Source: Raillietiella orientalis (Eukaryota). Taken from it: a stretch of DNA of 64,000 nt. Location of the stretch: assembly GCA_036172245.1 (NCBI GenBank), contig JAYWIR010000002.1, positions 806,001 through 870,000 on the forward strand, read 5' to 3'. How positions within the stretch are numbered: the first letter of the stretch is position 1; each line of letters starts with the position of its first letter. The notes beneath the pieces are model-generated. The model was not told where the DNA came from and searched no databases. It saw only the letters and a program-made list of their open reading frames with translations. Of the stretch, positions 12,101-25,344 are shown in pieces. Position numbers and translations under genes: made by a program.

Positions 12101-15100
12101 TTCAAAGTTTTTCCTCCTCCTCTGGCGATACTTGGGGCCCGAAGGACTTCCTCCGCAGTACTCCGGCATTCTGATCGGAGTATTCTGGAATCCCATGGAG
12201 CCGCTGGAGCCGTTGGCTCTGCATGAGACGCCGTCGTCACCCTCGTCGTCGGTTCGGAAGGTATTTTCCGTTATGCACTCGAAATGGAGGCTGCAGAACA
12301 GTTGCATCCCCCTCATCCCGAACTGCTCGCCCTTGGTGAGCAGCTTGGAGCAGGCGCAGCATGAGAAACAGTGGACATGGAAGAGCAGCTGTCGGACGCG
12401 CATGACCAGCTCATTTGCTGCAATGCCGGTGTCGCACCTAGCGCACCTCTTTGACGAGAAAAGCCTGAAAAAAACAGAGGTCAGCTCTCGCAGGCGGTCC
12501 GAAAGCGAATAGACCGCCCTTCCGTTGTCCCACCCTCTTCACATCAGCCCAGCAAACCAGCATGGCCGCCACCATGAACTCTTCCCTCCGCCCCCCTCCT
12601 GCCCCCTATACGAGAAGGAATGCCAAGGATGTGCCAAGGGATGCAGATGTCTCGCGGTGCAACCCTCTTCTGACAGAAAGAGTCGAAGGAAACCCTCCTT
12701 TTAGAACACGGCCGTTTTGCCCGGGACAGTGACGCGATCCGGTGTGTGGCGCTCGTCGCTCCCACTGCCACTATCAGAGGGGACTTTCAGGAAGCACCAC
12801 CCTGCAACTCCTTCGGAAGCCTATGCCGCCGAGTGGAGTCCGATCCTTATTTCCGGAAAAGGTGGTGAATGATCCCAACCTGCCCGATGGAGGAAGCAGC
12901 CCATTTTCTCTGGCCCCCGTCGGGATCGAGGAGACACGTGGATTCTCGGGCGATGAGAACAGTCCGGCCGGCAGAAGAAAACGGCTGGAAGGCAGCCCCG
13001 GGGCATTCCTTCTGGGTAGCCGAAGACGCCGACAAAATCAGCGGACGAAATCAAAGGAGACAGACAGACGCGGGAGTGACGGCGCGAAGCCAAGGGTTCC
13101 TGGGGCGGAAGAATAACTCCAGGCAAGAAGAGTGCAGAGAGGCCGCGGTGTCAGAGGCGACGGCGCGGAGTCGACGGTCTCGCTCCTGGAGCCCGAAGGC
13201 AGGCAGGAGAGCCTCAGAGAAGCGGCCTATTCGCACTGGGATCGCTCGATCGGCGTATCCCCAGGGACACATGCCGGAAAGGGGTGCATCCGATGAAGAA
13301 GGGGGAGGAGGAGGAGAAACTACTGAGGAAGACAGATGGGAGGACATCTCTTTGCCTTTCCTGAGATTTGGGGAGGAAGACTTCAAAGATTCCCGCTTCC
13401 AAAGGGTCTGTCCACTCCTTTGGGAGCGGGAACAGCAACGAGTCGCCTACATTACTATCCAAACGAATGAGCACGGACCGCGCCTCCGCGAAGCCGAAGG
13501 AAGGGAAGGCGACTTCGAAAAGAAACGGAGAGAAGAACGGTTGGTGTTGCCAAAGCGTCGCAGAGGATTCGCTCTATCGATTCCCACAGGAATTTCTTCC
13601 TTTCTCTCTCTTCCCCCCTCCCTCCTTGCCCCTTCTCTCCCGGTCCTCGGGCGGCAGTGTAGGCAAGCCCTCCTACCTGTAGTAGTCTTCTTTACAGAAA
13701 ATGCTGCCATCTTTTTCAAAACAAGTGATCTTCGTCTCCAGCAGTGTCTTGCACTGATAGCAGCGGAGACAAGAACTGTGCCACGGGCGGTCGACGGCCA
13801 CCAGGTAGAACCGATCGAAGATTCTTGAGTGACAGCCGGCGCATATGAGAGGTATTCCGCCTGCCTCCTGCATCATGCCAATTCCGTTTCTCTTTCCCGG
13901 AACCTCCTCGAGCGGATGATACTGGGAATAAGGAAAGGTCATGATAGGGTCTGGGATGCACGGCAACAGAAACTGCCTGGGCAACATAGCTACTGCACAA
14001 GCTCAGCGCGTAAGCACGACTCGCTGGGGCTTGCCCCCCGTCTTCGGTTTTGAGCATCCCTCTCAAAGGGGCGTTCCCTTTTTCCGGTTTCGCGCAAGAG
14101 CCTCGGGCGGTAGCAGCAATTCTGAGCGCGAGAGGGTGAACCCTCGAGCGTGAGCGGCGTGGGCTATCCGGCCGTGGACTCAACCTTGGTTGCCTGATGA
14201 GGTTTTTGACCTGATCTCGAGGGGTGCCTCGAGCCATTGTGGCAGTAGCTCTTGTCTAGACAAGGAGGCTAGCGCCACCGACAGAGATCTGCCGTAGATT
14301 TTCCAAGGACGCTTCTTGCAACCCCCTCCTCCCTTCCTCCCTTGCTGGTCCCTCAGGAAGGGTTCCGCGGCTGCAGACGGACATCCGGGGAGGTGGAGGA
14401 AGGGACTGCTGACTCCACAAAGAACGCGTGGACAAAAGCTGGTCCTTTCTTCACCCTTTCTCAACCATACGCAGGGGGAGGGGGAAGAGGACGCTCCTCG
14501 ACGGACTGGAGGAATTGGCAACGTCGGAACTCCAAGTAGGGCGGATCGGTGCAGTGGTGCTTCAGCGAAAAGCCGGTCATGAACCAACGTGGGAGCGGTT
14601 GTAGGGGGAGCTGCGCTCGCGAGGGGGAAGGGGAGGCTCTCGTAGGAAGGAGGGTTTCTCTAGCTGCTGGTTTGACTTCTGACCTTTCCTCCCTGCTTCG
14701 CGGAAGAGTCAGCGGGGAACGCCGGTGGCGGAGGCCGCTTTTTTGGCGCAGTTCCTGCGCTCGACAAGGAGGACGCTGCGGCACCGAAGTAGCCGAAAAT
14801 TCCTCCGCCCCCAGAAACGGAGGGCAGCAGAGAAAGAGCTGGGCTGCCGGGAGAAAGGAAGCAAGGAGGGGATGCGCACCGGACCGGAGGGACCGGGACG
14901 CAGCAGCTGTGTCGGTCGCTCGGCTACACGGGTGGAGGCGACAGGGAACACGGGGGGGAAGGTTATGGCTTCTCCGCAGGAGCTTCGCCTTCGACGGCTC
15001 GGTGCTTGCGCTGGGCGCATCCTCAGCCGCTCTGAGGGAGAGTCGCCCCAGAGCAGGATCCACTGCAGCGAGTCTAGCAGAGGTGTCCGCCTTTCTTCCT

Positions 15101-16032
15101 GCACTTTGGTAGGACTCGCCTTGACCCAGCCCGCTCATACCGGAGGAGCCGATGTCGGGGGATGCAGCTCAGAGGGGTGCGATCGCTCTCCCATTTTCTC
15201 CCGCCCTTTTGCATGTTTTGCCAGGTTCTACCTCGCCGCCTCCTCCCGAAGGGATTCTCTCCCTCAGCACAGCCTCGCAGGGCTCTTCTTGGGAACCGGG
15301 AGGATCGCACGGAGGCGACTATGGACTGCGACCTGGAATCTGCCCGCTGGCTCTCGAACGAGAAGGTGGACGGTGCCTCTCGGCCGAAGGAGGGGACTCC
15401 CGCGGGCAGCCACCCCCGGAATACCGGAGGAGTACTCCGAGGAACGCAGGAAAAGAGGCGAATTCTCGGGAGACTGAACTCGCCCCCCCTCCCCCCTCCT
15501 GATTCATAGGGAAGGGCAACCCTCTCGGAGCGTCCCCAGCGCAAGTGCGCGTTCCCGACCTTCCGCGGAAGTGGTGTCGTTGCCCCTTCCACCTGGAGTG
15601 ATGGAAGCACGCGGAGGCTCCGCTTCCACCTGCCCTTAGGCTGGGCTGGTCCCCTCCCCCGGGGAAAACTACTGTTAGCTACGTCTGCTCTCCCCTTCAC
15701 GATCTCCGTTCTCCCCCCCCCCCTCCCTTCCCACGCTCGCGAAGGAAGGAGCAGAAGGAATTCCTGAGGGACGGCTCGGATTACCCGTGTCTTCACGCAG
15801 CCTCTTCAAGACCATCCGGGAGGTGAGGTCTTACGGGACGCCCCCCTCCCTGCCCTGAACCCTTGCAGCCGCCAGGTCGCCGCTTCGGAGCTCGTTGAGC
15901 TATTTTTAGAAAATTCTGCGCGCGGCGGCGACCCTTCAAGTGCGCGTGAACAGGAGAGGGAGGAGGAAGGAGGAGAAGGGGACTCACCCTTTGCCAAGGG
16001 AATCCCGGGTCCTTGTTTTCGTGGACGCCCAT
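8884..16032 (-). CDS. ap: LIM-homeobox transcription factor, apterous/Lhx2/9 family, paralog 1 (apB-like); complement(join(8884..9123,9322..9569,12070..12464,13677..13921,15988..16032)), 390 aa
   Basis: Two complete LIM domains plus homeodomain RTKRMRTSFKHHQLRTMKAYFAINQNPDAKDLKQLSQKTQLSKRVLQ|VWFQNARAKWRR. All introns are GT-AG. Exon lengths 45+245+395+248+240=1173 nt give phases 0,2,1,0 and an uninterrupted frame. Confidence 0.93.
9322..9569 (-). CDS. ap: ap paralog 1, homeobox 5' exon
   Basis: Branch-like GCTAA plus pyrimidine tract and CAG acceptor at 9570. Encodes the homeodomain up to RVLQ. Donor CAG|GTAAGT. Confidence 0.92.
12070..12464 (-). CDS. ap: ap paralog 1, LIM2 and linker exon
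   Basis: Acceptor TTTTTTTCAG|G. Encodes LFSSKRCARC..HVHC..CCAC..CSLH, then basic KYRQRRRK. Donor G|GTAAGC, phase 1. Confidence 0.93.
13677..13921 (-). CDS. ap: ap paralog 1, LIM1 exon
   Basis: Acceptor CCTTTCCTTATTCCCAG|TAT. Encodes CAGC..HSSC..CYQC..CKEDYYR. Donor AG|GTAGG, phase 2. Confidence 0.93.
15988..16032 (-). CDS. ap: ap paralog 1, first coding exon (MGVHENKDPGFPWQR)
   Basis: ATG in GCCATGG context, donor AGG|GTGAGT, phase 0 matching the next acceptor. MGV...WQ resembles the apterous N-terminus as recalled from Drosophila (MGV...HWQ). Confidence 0.7.
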
Positions 16033-19000
16033 GGCCTCCAGGTGTGGACGACCTCCGTTTCCCGCAGGACGCCGCTGCTCTCCCTATTGACAGAGGGAGG
16101 AGGAGGGACTGTTACTCTCCGGGAGGGATCGGGGAGGGGAAGACGGGGGTGGATCAGGGGAAGGGAGAGGACGCCTCACTGTCAGCAGGAAAGGAGGGAG
16201 CGTACGGGCATCCGAGTGGGGGAGGGGAACTCCGGGATCGGAGCGGGCAGGCAGGCACTCTTCCTCCTCCTCCTCCTCCTCTTTGCTGCTGCTGCTGCCA
16301 CCGCCGCTTCACAGCGGGTGCTCTGCTCCTGCGGGAGACGACGACGACGACGACGCAGCACAGATCGGGCGATCGCGTGCGCGCTTTCCGGCGCCTGGAG
16401 CGGGGTTTGCCTTCCCGAGCGCTCGCTCCGCAGCCCGCCGAGAAGGCCGGGCCAAGCTCCGGAGGAGGAGCCGAAGGTTTCCTCGCAACGCCCGACGCGG
16501 GCGGTGATTGGCCAGGACCTCCCTCGCACGGAGCGCCCGCGCGAGCGCGTGGCGAACGATGGCTTCGCCGCCGCCGGGACCTGCGCGCTCCCGCTCCACG
16601 GAAACCGTCGATGAGCGCGTCTGGACGCGAGGGAGAGAGCCGCGCGCGCTCCCCTCGTGCTCTTTTCCGCGGGTCGGGAGCAATGCCGCTTGGGATCGGA
16701 ACGGGGAGGGGTGAGCATGGAGCACCCGGTGCTGCGTATCCGCATCCCCCATCCGCTTCCCGCTCCCCTTCCCTTCCTACCCTTCTCACTCGTCCAATTC
16801 TCCTCCTTCCCACACCTCTTCCTCTCCTTCTACCTCCTCGATCTGCCTTCCTTTTTGGCGACCACAGGATCTCTAGAAGGCAATGCACTCGAGCAACGGC
16901 GACCACCTCGAAGGGGAGACAGGCAAAAAAACCAACGGAAAAAAAAAAAAAAAAGCAGGAAGGAAAGGCGAGAGATTTTGGAGGTGACATGGCGACCCAC
17001 CACCCTCAGCCCGGCAGGACGTGCGCTGTCTCCATCCCCTCGGGCGGTCGGCGAAAAGGGGTGCATGTGCCCCGCGACCACGTGACCGTCACGCGCAATT
17101 TTCGTAACCGAGAGCCACCAACAGAGCCCTCCCTTTTTCCCCAGGTGCCGCACCGCAGCCTCGGGTGGGGGAGGAGGTCTTCCGCTCGCGGGTCCGTGGC
17201 TCCGAAGGAAGGCGAGAACGATGGAGGCGTCGCGCGCGCCATTGGATGGCGCCGGGTCTTTGCCGCCGCGTCCGGATCGTCTGCGGAGGGTGAAGAGAAA
17301 AAACGGGACCATAGAGATGAGGAGTGTTGGGGCCCTCCCGTAGGGACAGAGGGATGGAAGAAGGGTGCTCTGTCCCTTCGAGGAGCCCCGCGCCGCGATC
17401 CTGAAGCTCCCTGGGCGATATGCCGGTCTGTGGGACCTCCGTGGAAGTGCCAACGTCTCGACAGGGGCGGGGAGAGGCATCCGAGGTTCGCCCGTCCTAC
17501 CGCGGGCCAACCGAACACCGGTGTTTTTCAGGCGGGGATCACATCAAGCGGGTGCTAAGGAACCCACGGAAGAGCGGCGGCGGCTAAAAGCAACTCTGCA
17601 GTCACTATAGCAACAGAACTCGTGAAAATTCCATCTCAAAGACACGGCTTAATGGACTTCGCGGGTTGAATGGCGCCGCGCGTGCCAGGCTCCAGGAGCT
17701 CTCCATCCCTCCAAACCTGCTCACCAAAGGACTCTGGTGACCTCGGAAAGAGCCAGCGACTTTCCGACAAGCAGGTCGAGGGGCGCTTACTTCGGCACCT
17801 CCACTCTCTGGGAAGCCGGATCATGTTCGTGCGGGTTGAGGTGTGCATCCATCCCATCGAGTCCGGCGGACCCCTTCTTGCACACTGGAAAGCACACAGA
17901 GGGATCCGACCTCTTTTCAACGACCGCTCCTGTTTCCTGCGTTCGTCGGCAACCAGCAGGAACGAGTGCTCTGTCCCTGCAAGAATCCTCGAGGAGAGAA
18001 GAACATCCCCCATTCTTCCCTGCCTCCGCCGCGAGCCGTTCCAATCGCTACTCCGCCGTCCGCTGACCTGCTGGGGTCGGATCCGGGGGCTATTCCGTGG
18101 TCGCCGCGGCGAATTTCGGGTCCCTGGGTCATCGAGTTCCCTCATGACGTGAAAGACAAGAAACTGCCCCTTGTTCCATCTGAGTTGAGAGAGGCCGCGA
18201 CCCGAGTGAGTGCAGCACCGAGAAAGTTGCCTTTCCCGTGTCCCCGTCGCGCCCCTGAAGCACAGAGAGCAGCTGAGCGTGCGTCGCACCTTCTATTCAG
18301 GTAGAGATCACGTGCTCAGGAGGGGACATTCCCTCCTTTCGAAGGCTCTGACACGGCAGTTTCGAGCCACCTAGACACGAACATCAGAGCTTGACGTTTG
18401 CTAAATCCACCCCTGCAAGGTCAGGGAACAGATCTTCCCTTCCCCAGGGAGACGGTTCTTCTCCCAGACCAGCAGCCTCCAGAAGGCGCGCACAGGCAAG
18501 GAATTGTCAAACTTCTTTCACTCCCCTTCGAAAGATTGCAAGGGCGCTCGTTCAATCAGGATACAGCTGTGCACCCCCGAACACTCCGAGAAGGAGGGAA
18601 GGGCACTTAAGGAGCCGATACTGAAAAAGAACTCCTATGTGAGTGCACCAGGGATCCCCTTACAGCTCACGAGGAGCGCATTCTTCTTACGGACATCACC
18701 AAGCAGATGCAGGAAACCAAGCTCACAGGAATTTTGGTGGATGATCTGGATCTGGTCTCGTCTTGCAGATGGTATTGATCATCTGCCTAGACTCTTCCTC
18801 CTCTTGCTCATTCTTCATTCTCTTCCTTCTCCTACTGCTCCTACTCCTACTTCTTCTACTTCTATTCCTAGCCCTCCTCTTCCCTTCCTTCTTCTCCCTT
18901 CCTCCATCTCTCAAGGCCTTCTGCATTGAAACCAAAGCATCAGTTGACGATCCGATTTCCCAAAGTTTGGTGCTCGAGAAGGGGACGGAATCTATCAACC

Positions 19001-22000
19001 CGATACTCCAGGGCAATCCAGAACACTCTTCCCGAGGAAGGAGCTTTTATAAGGAATCCTCTGGAGACGCCAAAGACTAGCCTCTCTTTCTGCGAGCTTC
19101 CTGGGCATCGGAAGGACACCCCGGGGTGTTTGATGCGCACGCCCCTCCTTCCTTTGAAACTCTGAAATCAGGTTGGAGCGCTTTGCACCTAGCAAGAAAG
19201 CGTGATAGGGGTGGTGTGTGTAGAGAGGGGAGAGGAAGAAGGAGGGGCATCGCGTGCCGTGATCTGTCCACACAAAAAAGCACCTGATTTTTCAAGAACA
19301 GATCACCCCCTCTCGCTGAAGCAAGGGGGGTTACCTCGAGAGCATGTACCAGGCACGACGGACCGCGCCATCACTATGGTGGTGGCGCGACGGCAGCAGA
19401 CGTCGAAGAGCGCGGAGCTGCTTTTCTGTGAAAAGCCAAGTCCTGCCTCTGCGGAGTCAGCTGCTCCTCTGAGGCTGCAGCATTCGCCAAGCACGTGCTC
19501 CCAGGGTGACTGACGTATGTCCCAGATCTGCACGGCTGCTGCCTGTTCTTCTCGAGCAGCTTAGATCCTACTCCTTCCCTGCCCGCTCCCTTCGAGGAGT
19601 CTGCCCTTCTCCCTTCGAGGCAGCCTTTGCCTCATAGGAAGTGAGGAAAGCGTTTCGTCCGTTGCCTCCTCTGGACACCTCTTCCTCCTCCCTTTCCCCC
19701 CTCTCCTGCCTTCGAATCTGCAAGGAGCAAGCATCCGCAGCTTCTGATAGCAGCGGATGGCAGCCAGAGAGACTCCATCGCAGTTCCTTCCGCAAAGGTA
19801 ACAAGGGCGCAGCATCAGGTGGCTCTCCAGGACACGAAGATGGATCTCTCCAGGCGCAATCAGAGAGATAAGGGGCTTATAAAAGGCGGCAACGTCCAAC
19901 TCCCCACGCCATGACGATGGAAGATGGGGGCAAAGGAAAGATGAGCGCGAGCCTCTACGAGCCAACGGGAAATGCAAACTCCCCCTCCACTATCTTCCTC
20001 CGGAGAGCAGGGCTGTACCAAAGACCGGGGCTGCTAAAAAGAAGGAAATTTCCAGAGCCCCTCGCGTCTTGTGCTGCGCGTTCATCCGCCGACTCCGCTT
20101 GGAACTTTGTCAGATCTGCCTCTCTCCGGGAGCCGCAGGGTCCTCCGTGATTTCTCTTTCCCAGCCAAGCTGACTTCCTCATCTCCGAAAGTCGGCTGAC
20201 AAAAAGACAGCAAAGTCGCGCGTCACCTCCTGCGCCCCCTCTCATGGTCTTTCCGGAACAGATCGTTTTCCCTCTTCGCGAAACGGGTGTTTCCCTCGGC
20301 GTTCCCGATGCCATTTTTTCTTTCTTGCCTTTTTTTTTTTTTTTTTGAAAATTTAGAGGAAGAAAGAGAGGGAAGGAAAGAGAGAAGGGGGAGAGGAAGG
20401 CAGAGTCTGCTCCAGGAAGCCGCTGCAGAGGAGAGCACACGCGTTTCGTAGCGGTGCCGTGGTCGCACCTGGTTAGCTTTCGGACAGCGTCACGCTCGTC
20501 TGGCAGCAGCATCTGCGTCCGCTGAGACAAGCCACGGCGGATAGACAGACGTTTCGGTTGCCTCACTCCTCCCCTTTTTTCCTTCTTTCTCTTTCCCTCG
20601 TGGCTTCCCCGGCTGCCTTCCCTGATGATGGATTTCTGTTATTGCTGAACGAATCGGAAGGGGAAGATGGCGGAGGAGGAGGAAAGATGAGGGAAAGCAA
20701 ACAAAGAGGGAGAGGTGTTCCAGGAAGAAGATGCTTTCCTACATCAGCGTGTCTCCGGGGTACGCGAAACTTCCTCCTCAGAGCTGTTCACCCAACTATG
20801 ACCTAGGTCGAATTACCAGGGAGCGTTCCGTCTCATTCATCCAGATAACTCATCTACCGGGTCCGCTTCCTGTGTGGCTGGCGCTCCTTATGCAAATGGA
20901 TGCGCTCCCCATCCGTCATGCGCGAGGTCAACCTACCTCGTGTACGCCTGGTTGCCGGGGCGAAGCGCCCGCGGTCCGAGAGCTTCCACCTCCGAAGGCC
21001 TGCCAGTCTCCATCAGCATTTTTTTCCTGTTCCCGGATATCTGGCCTCGCGTCCAGACAGCAGGAAGGAGGTGGGAATCTGGCAGGCAGACAGATTCCGT
21101 GCCATTCCGTGCTCTTCGGGGTCAAAGAGACTGTCGGACTGGTCGCAGAGCGGTTTTGCAGAAGAAAAGGCGCTTCCTGCGGTGCTTATGGACACTCGCA
21201 AAGCCAAGCTCCGGGTCACCTGGCGTGACGCAGTTTGACATGCATAGGAGCAGTTCGTGACCCATTCCTTTTCGCCGCTCCATTGTCATCAGTTTCCCAC
21301 TGGTCCCTCGACCGCTCTGTCACGAATTCGTAGGGACTCAGGCCAACCACCAACAAAATCCAGACGCGTCGTAGCTGCAGCTCGTGAGGTGGAATGCCAG
21401 AGGATCATTTGCATAGGCGTAACCTGAGTTTGTTCACTCCCTGCAACACGATCCTAAGCTCCTCGGATCGGCTACGCAACCAGGAGGAGCTGCGGTCCTC
21501 GCAGGGGGGCAGAGCGCGTTTCCGCTCTTTTCCGGATGGAAACCGCCGGCCATCATAAGGAACGGCGACTAGGGGAGCCCCTAAATTTCTGCGCAGCTCT
21601 TCAGCGGTCTTGTCGCAGCTAGCCGCTGTTTCATTTGTCCTCGGAAAAGGTCAGATGGGAGGTCCTGGCCCACTATCTCAAGCGCCTTTCTGATCCGCCT
21701 CCTCGGAAGTGGACAGATGGGAAAAATGCGGTCTGGTCCTCTGAGAGGACACGGGAACTTTTTTCTGGAGCGTTCTTCTGTACCAGGACCCAAACCAAAG
21801 GGGTGAGAGCGTCAAGCAGCGTGGCATGTTCGGATTGATTGGAGGAGGAATCCCCAACGGCTCTACTCTCTTTCGCCTTCTGGTCAACTGGAGGACCCTC
21901 TCTCAACTTTCCTCCAAACATCCCTCGACTGGCCGAGTTGGCAAGAAGAATCGCGGCTTTCGTGCAGATCCACTTCTGTGAACGGAAGGAATGCATTGTG

Positions 22001-24114
22001 ATGCTGCTGCGTTGTCGTGACGTGCGGCGTTCGAGGGGAATGATTTTTTTCGGCATGGGGACTCTTTGGGAGCGGATCGTTCGAGCTGTGGGAATTCCCC
22101 GTGTTCTTCATGCCCTCCCCCCCCTTCACCCCTCAAAGTGATGTTCCTAGCTATTTTTCTTCCGTGATCGCATCCCGTCTCATTCTTCCATCGATATCTG
22201 GAGAAGGATTCTCCTAAACACTGCGGTTCCTTCCCCAGTCTTTCCATAATTGATGCCGCGTTGCTTCGAGTCAGCCTCTTCGATTCCAGTTGACGGGACG
22301 AACACGAAACGGAATTTCTCGGCGGCAGGACTCCACGAGGCAGGGCCGGGAGTCGGAAGAGAAAATTCGTTTCCTTTCCCAATTACTGAAGCGGGTTCGC
22401 GGCTAGCAACCGCGAGCGGAAGCGGGCTCTCCCGTGCCTATCTGCGCATTGGAAGCAATCACCGGAGTGACTGTTTCCCATCTTCCTATCAGAACATCTG
22501 AGCACCCAATGGCGAACCACAGACACAAATGTTCGGGTTCCACTCCTGGGAAGGCAAAAAGGGAAAGGAGGGCTCGGAGGGTGAATCGAAAGGCGGAAAA
22601 GCAGCAGAAGAAGAAGAAAAAGCCAATTTGTCAATGCTTCAGTTGGGGGGAACAAACACCGACTCTTCTGATGAGGACACCCGCTCTTCTTCGGCTCAGA
22701 TGGTGTGCATACTTTTCGAGCAAGACGCGCCGTGCATGGTTGCGTCTTTCGTGAGTGACGTCACGCTTCGTAACCATTCGTCTTCGGCGAGAGACCCCGG
22801 TCGTACATCTCAGCCGCGCTCACGAACCCGCTTACGAATGACGCGAATTTGATATTCCCTCGATGTCACTTAGCTTCGAGGGGAACCTGGCTCGGTTCAC
22901 TGTCAGCCTCTGGCAAGGGGAAACCTAGACGCAACCCAGAACAAAAGCAAATTCAATACGGCCTGACTTGACGAGGAGAGGTGAGTTCAGGCCTCCTCGC
23001 CGGAGGGAAAGTGGACGACGAACGGAGGAATGGAGATCGGATCTTTAATGGAGCTAACGTCTGAGGACGCAAAGGGCTCTCTCCGCTCACATCTCTTGGG
23101 GGAAACCATCATCATCAGTCTCATCCTCTCAGCCGCCGATTAACGGTGAGTCCGGAGAGAGGAAACACGAAAGGTGCGAATCGTGGGATCTCGAAAACCG
23201 AGCGCAGGAGAGAGCGGAATTCCCGTTTTGAACGTGGATCTCGAAAGATGGCCCGATTCGATGACTCTCAGTCTTTGGTGAGTTCCCCAAAGAGCTCTAT
23301 CTTCTCCTGCCGGGGACATTCGAAAATTTTCTCCATGAACGTTCTATTTGTTACTGTGTGTCAAGTGGTTACTATGTCCATCAACATCTTTATTGATCTC
23401 TTCGGACGAAAGGAAGAGGAAGACTTTGCGGTCAAAAAGATGGATATCCCTTGACTTGCCTGTTGTTTTTCCACGGGAAACCACGAAATAAGGATGTTCA
23501 TGATGATTTCCATTGTAAGGCTCTAGGCTGGACAGAATGCATCCGCATCACTTCCCGTTTGAAATTTCTCCAAGATGGAAAGAAAGGAGCGGAAACTGAG
23601 CATTCTGTCATGGCTGCCGGGAAACAGAACAAAAGAAGAATCTCTGCCCGTTAGCAATCTACAGTTGCATTGAATTCATTGACTTTTTCTTTAGGATTCT
23701 CCCTTCAAAAAGTAATAATCCGTCCTTCCCCATTCCTGGTCTGTGGGATTCCAGGACTGCTCGGTTCTTTGGCTTGAAGTCACGTGTGCATGCAAACTGC
23801 AGCAAAGGATCGCGAGAGAAGGCTCCATGGAAACGAAATGATGAGGATCCGAACGAATAAAAAGGTGGGCAGATTCACTCCAAGCAGATCTAATGAAATA
23901 ATGAAGTATGATGAGCAATTTGCGTCGGGTATCACACGCAGAAAGGTGTTGTAGGATTGTGAATCGCAGGAAACTCGGCTCATTAACAGAGCGGCAGTTA
24001 GCAGAGAAGAGATCTGCAAGGATCACCTACTGAATAGGTGGGATGCGAGGAACTGGAGCATGATTGAATTCGTGTCGATTCCGGAAGAAGTGGATCCGAC
24101 TTCTTCAGGGCCAC

Positions 24115-25344
24115 GAAATTCGCCGGTATGTTGGAGAAGGCGATCAACTTTTGTGATGAAACGCAGTAGCAGAGCGTAGCAGTGGTGAGGGACACTTGGT
24201 GCTTCCTAGCTATCAGGAAGTTCAGCGACGGTGAAGTCAAGAGTCCAAGATCAAAGCCATTGCGGTTTACAGCTTTGGTTCTGTACTTTGCATTGATGAA
24301 GCTCGCAGGCAGGAGAAGAATCTGGAAGACGGGATTCTTGCAGTTGCAAGCCATCACCCACCTCGTACTGTGAAGTCTTGAGATGCGGGAAGAGGCAGCC
24401 GCTTGATTTAATATGGATGATTCTCCGCATACTGACTTGAAGATCATCGAGTTTACGATTTCGACACCAATTTTTCTTCTTCTTCGCGTGAGACCATAAA
24501 CGAGCTTTTACGTGCAGCTCTTTGAGAATACAAATCTCGGAGGGTTACGACCTTTGAATAATACATGAGGTTCACCTCGGACGAATGTCCTTGAGAAAGT
24601 AACACAGCAATCTTTAAACTCGGGAAACATTTGGTGGCCCCCTTCCATCCTCAGGCTGCCGTGTGTAGGATACAACACTGGATTGTCCTGCTTTGGTAGA
24701 AATAAGGGGACTCTGTCGTGCTTACCGTTCGTTCCAAGTGCGCACTGCCTGCTGGGACGCAATCCGTCTCGCGTTTATCCGCATATGGTGGGGTCACGCC
24801 TTTGGGTCGCGTTAAGGATCAAGCGCACTACAAAGTTTCCCTGGCTGATTCGATGGCGCACGTTCACTCGCCGTGTTACAGAGATCCGGAGGACCAATAA
24901 ATAGAGTGATGAATCGACTTGGATATTCGATGGACGGAAACTTTTTCTTAGACTAGCGGGACGAGGGAAGAGCGAAACAGCGAGCAGCCGTACTGGTGAG
25001 AGTGCGGCAAAGTTCACCGGTGTGTTGGAGAACGCGATCAACTTTTGTGATGAAACGCAGTAGCAGAGCGTAGCAGTGATGAGGAACACTTGGTGCTTCC
25101 TAGCTATCAGGAAGTTCAGCGACGGTGAAGTCAAGAGTCCAAGATCAAAGCCATTGCGGTTTACAGCTTTGGTTCTGTACTTTGCATTGATGAAGCTCGC
25201 AGGCAGGAGAAGAATCTGGAAGACGGGATTCTTGCAGTTGCAAACCATCACCCACCTCGTACTGTGAAGTCTTGAGATGCGGGAAGAGACGGCCGCTCGA
25301 TTGAATATGGAGGATTCCCCGCATACTGACTTGGAGATCATTGA
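24115..25344 (+). repeat. Direct duplication of about 335 bp (24115-24450 and 25009-25344, offset 894)
   Basis: Near-identical sequence with no indels; near-identical paired ORFs in the track. Confidence 0.92.

Noticed and set aside
11247-13828. Plus-strand ORFs 11247-12512 and 12869-13828 (also 41934-43019, 46259-47200)
   Set aside because: Antisense shadows of real LIM exons and GC-rich introns.
14190-14225. CTGATGAG hammerhead-like core (also about 22668)
   Set aside because: No GAAA after stem II and no stems I/III.
16044-17558. 504-aa plus-strand ORF, and similar long ORFs (40519-41907, 43705-44691, 45327-46361, 48420-49577)
   Set aside because: Low-complexity R/G/P/S translations typical of GC-rich stop-poor DNA; no domains.
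17630-18100. KGSAGLDGM motif suggesting another decayed LINE RT
   Set aside because: A single weak motif is not enough to call a feature.
19878-20150. TATAAAAG followed by a 79-aa ORF
   Set aside because: The ORF has no features and the motif alone is insufficient.
20890-21414. POU octamers at 20890 and 21407 (also 48955)
   Set aside because: About this many are expected by chance in 64 kb on both strands.
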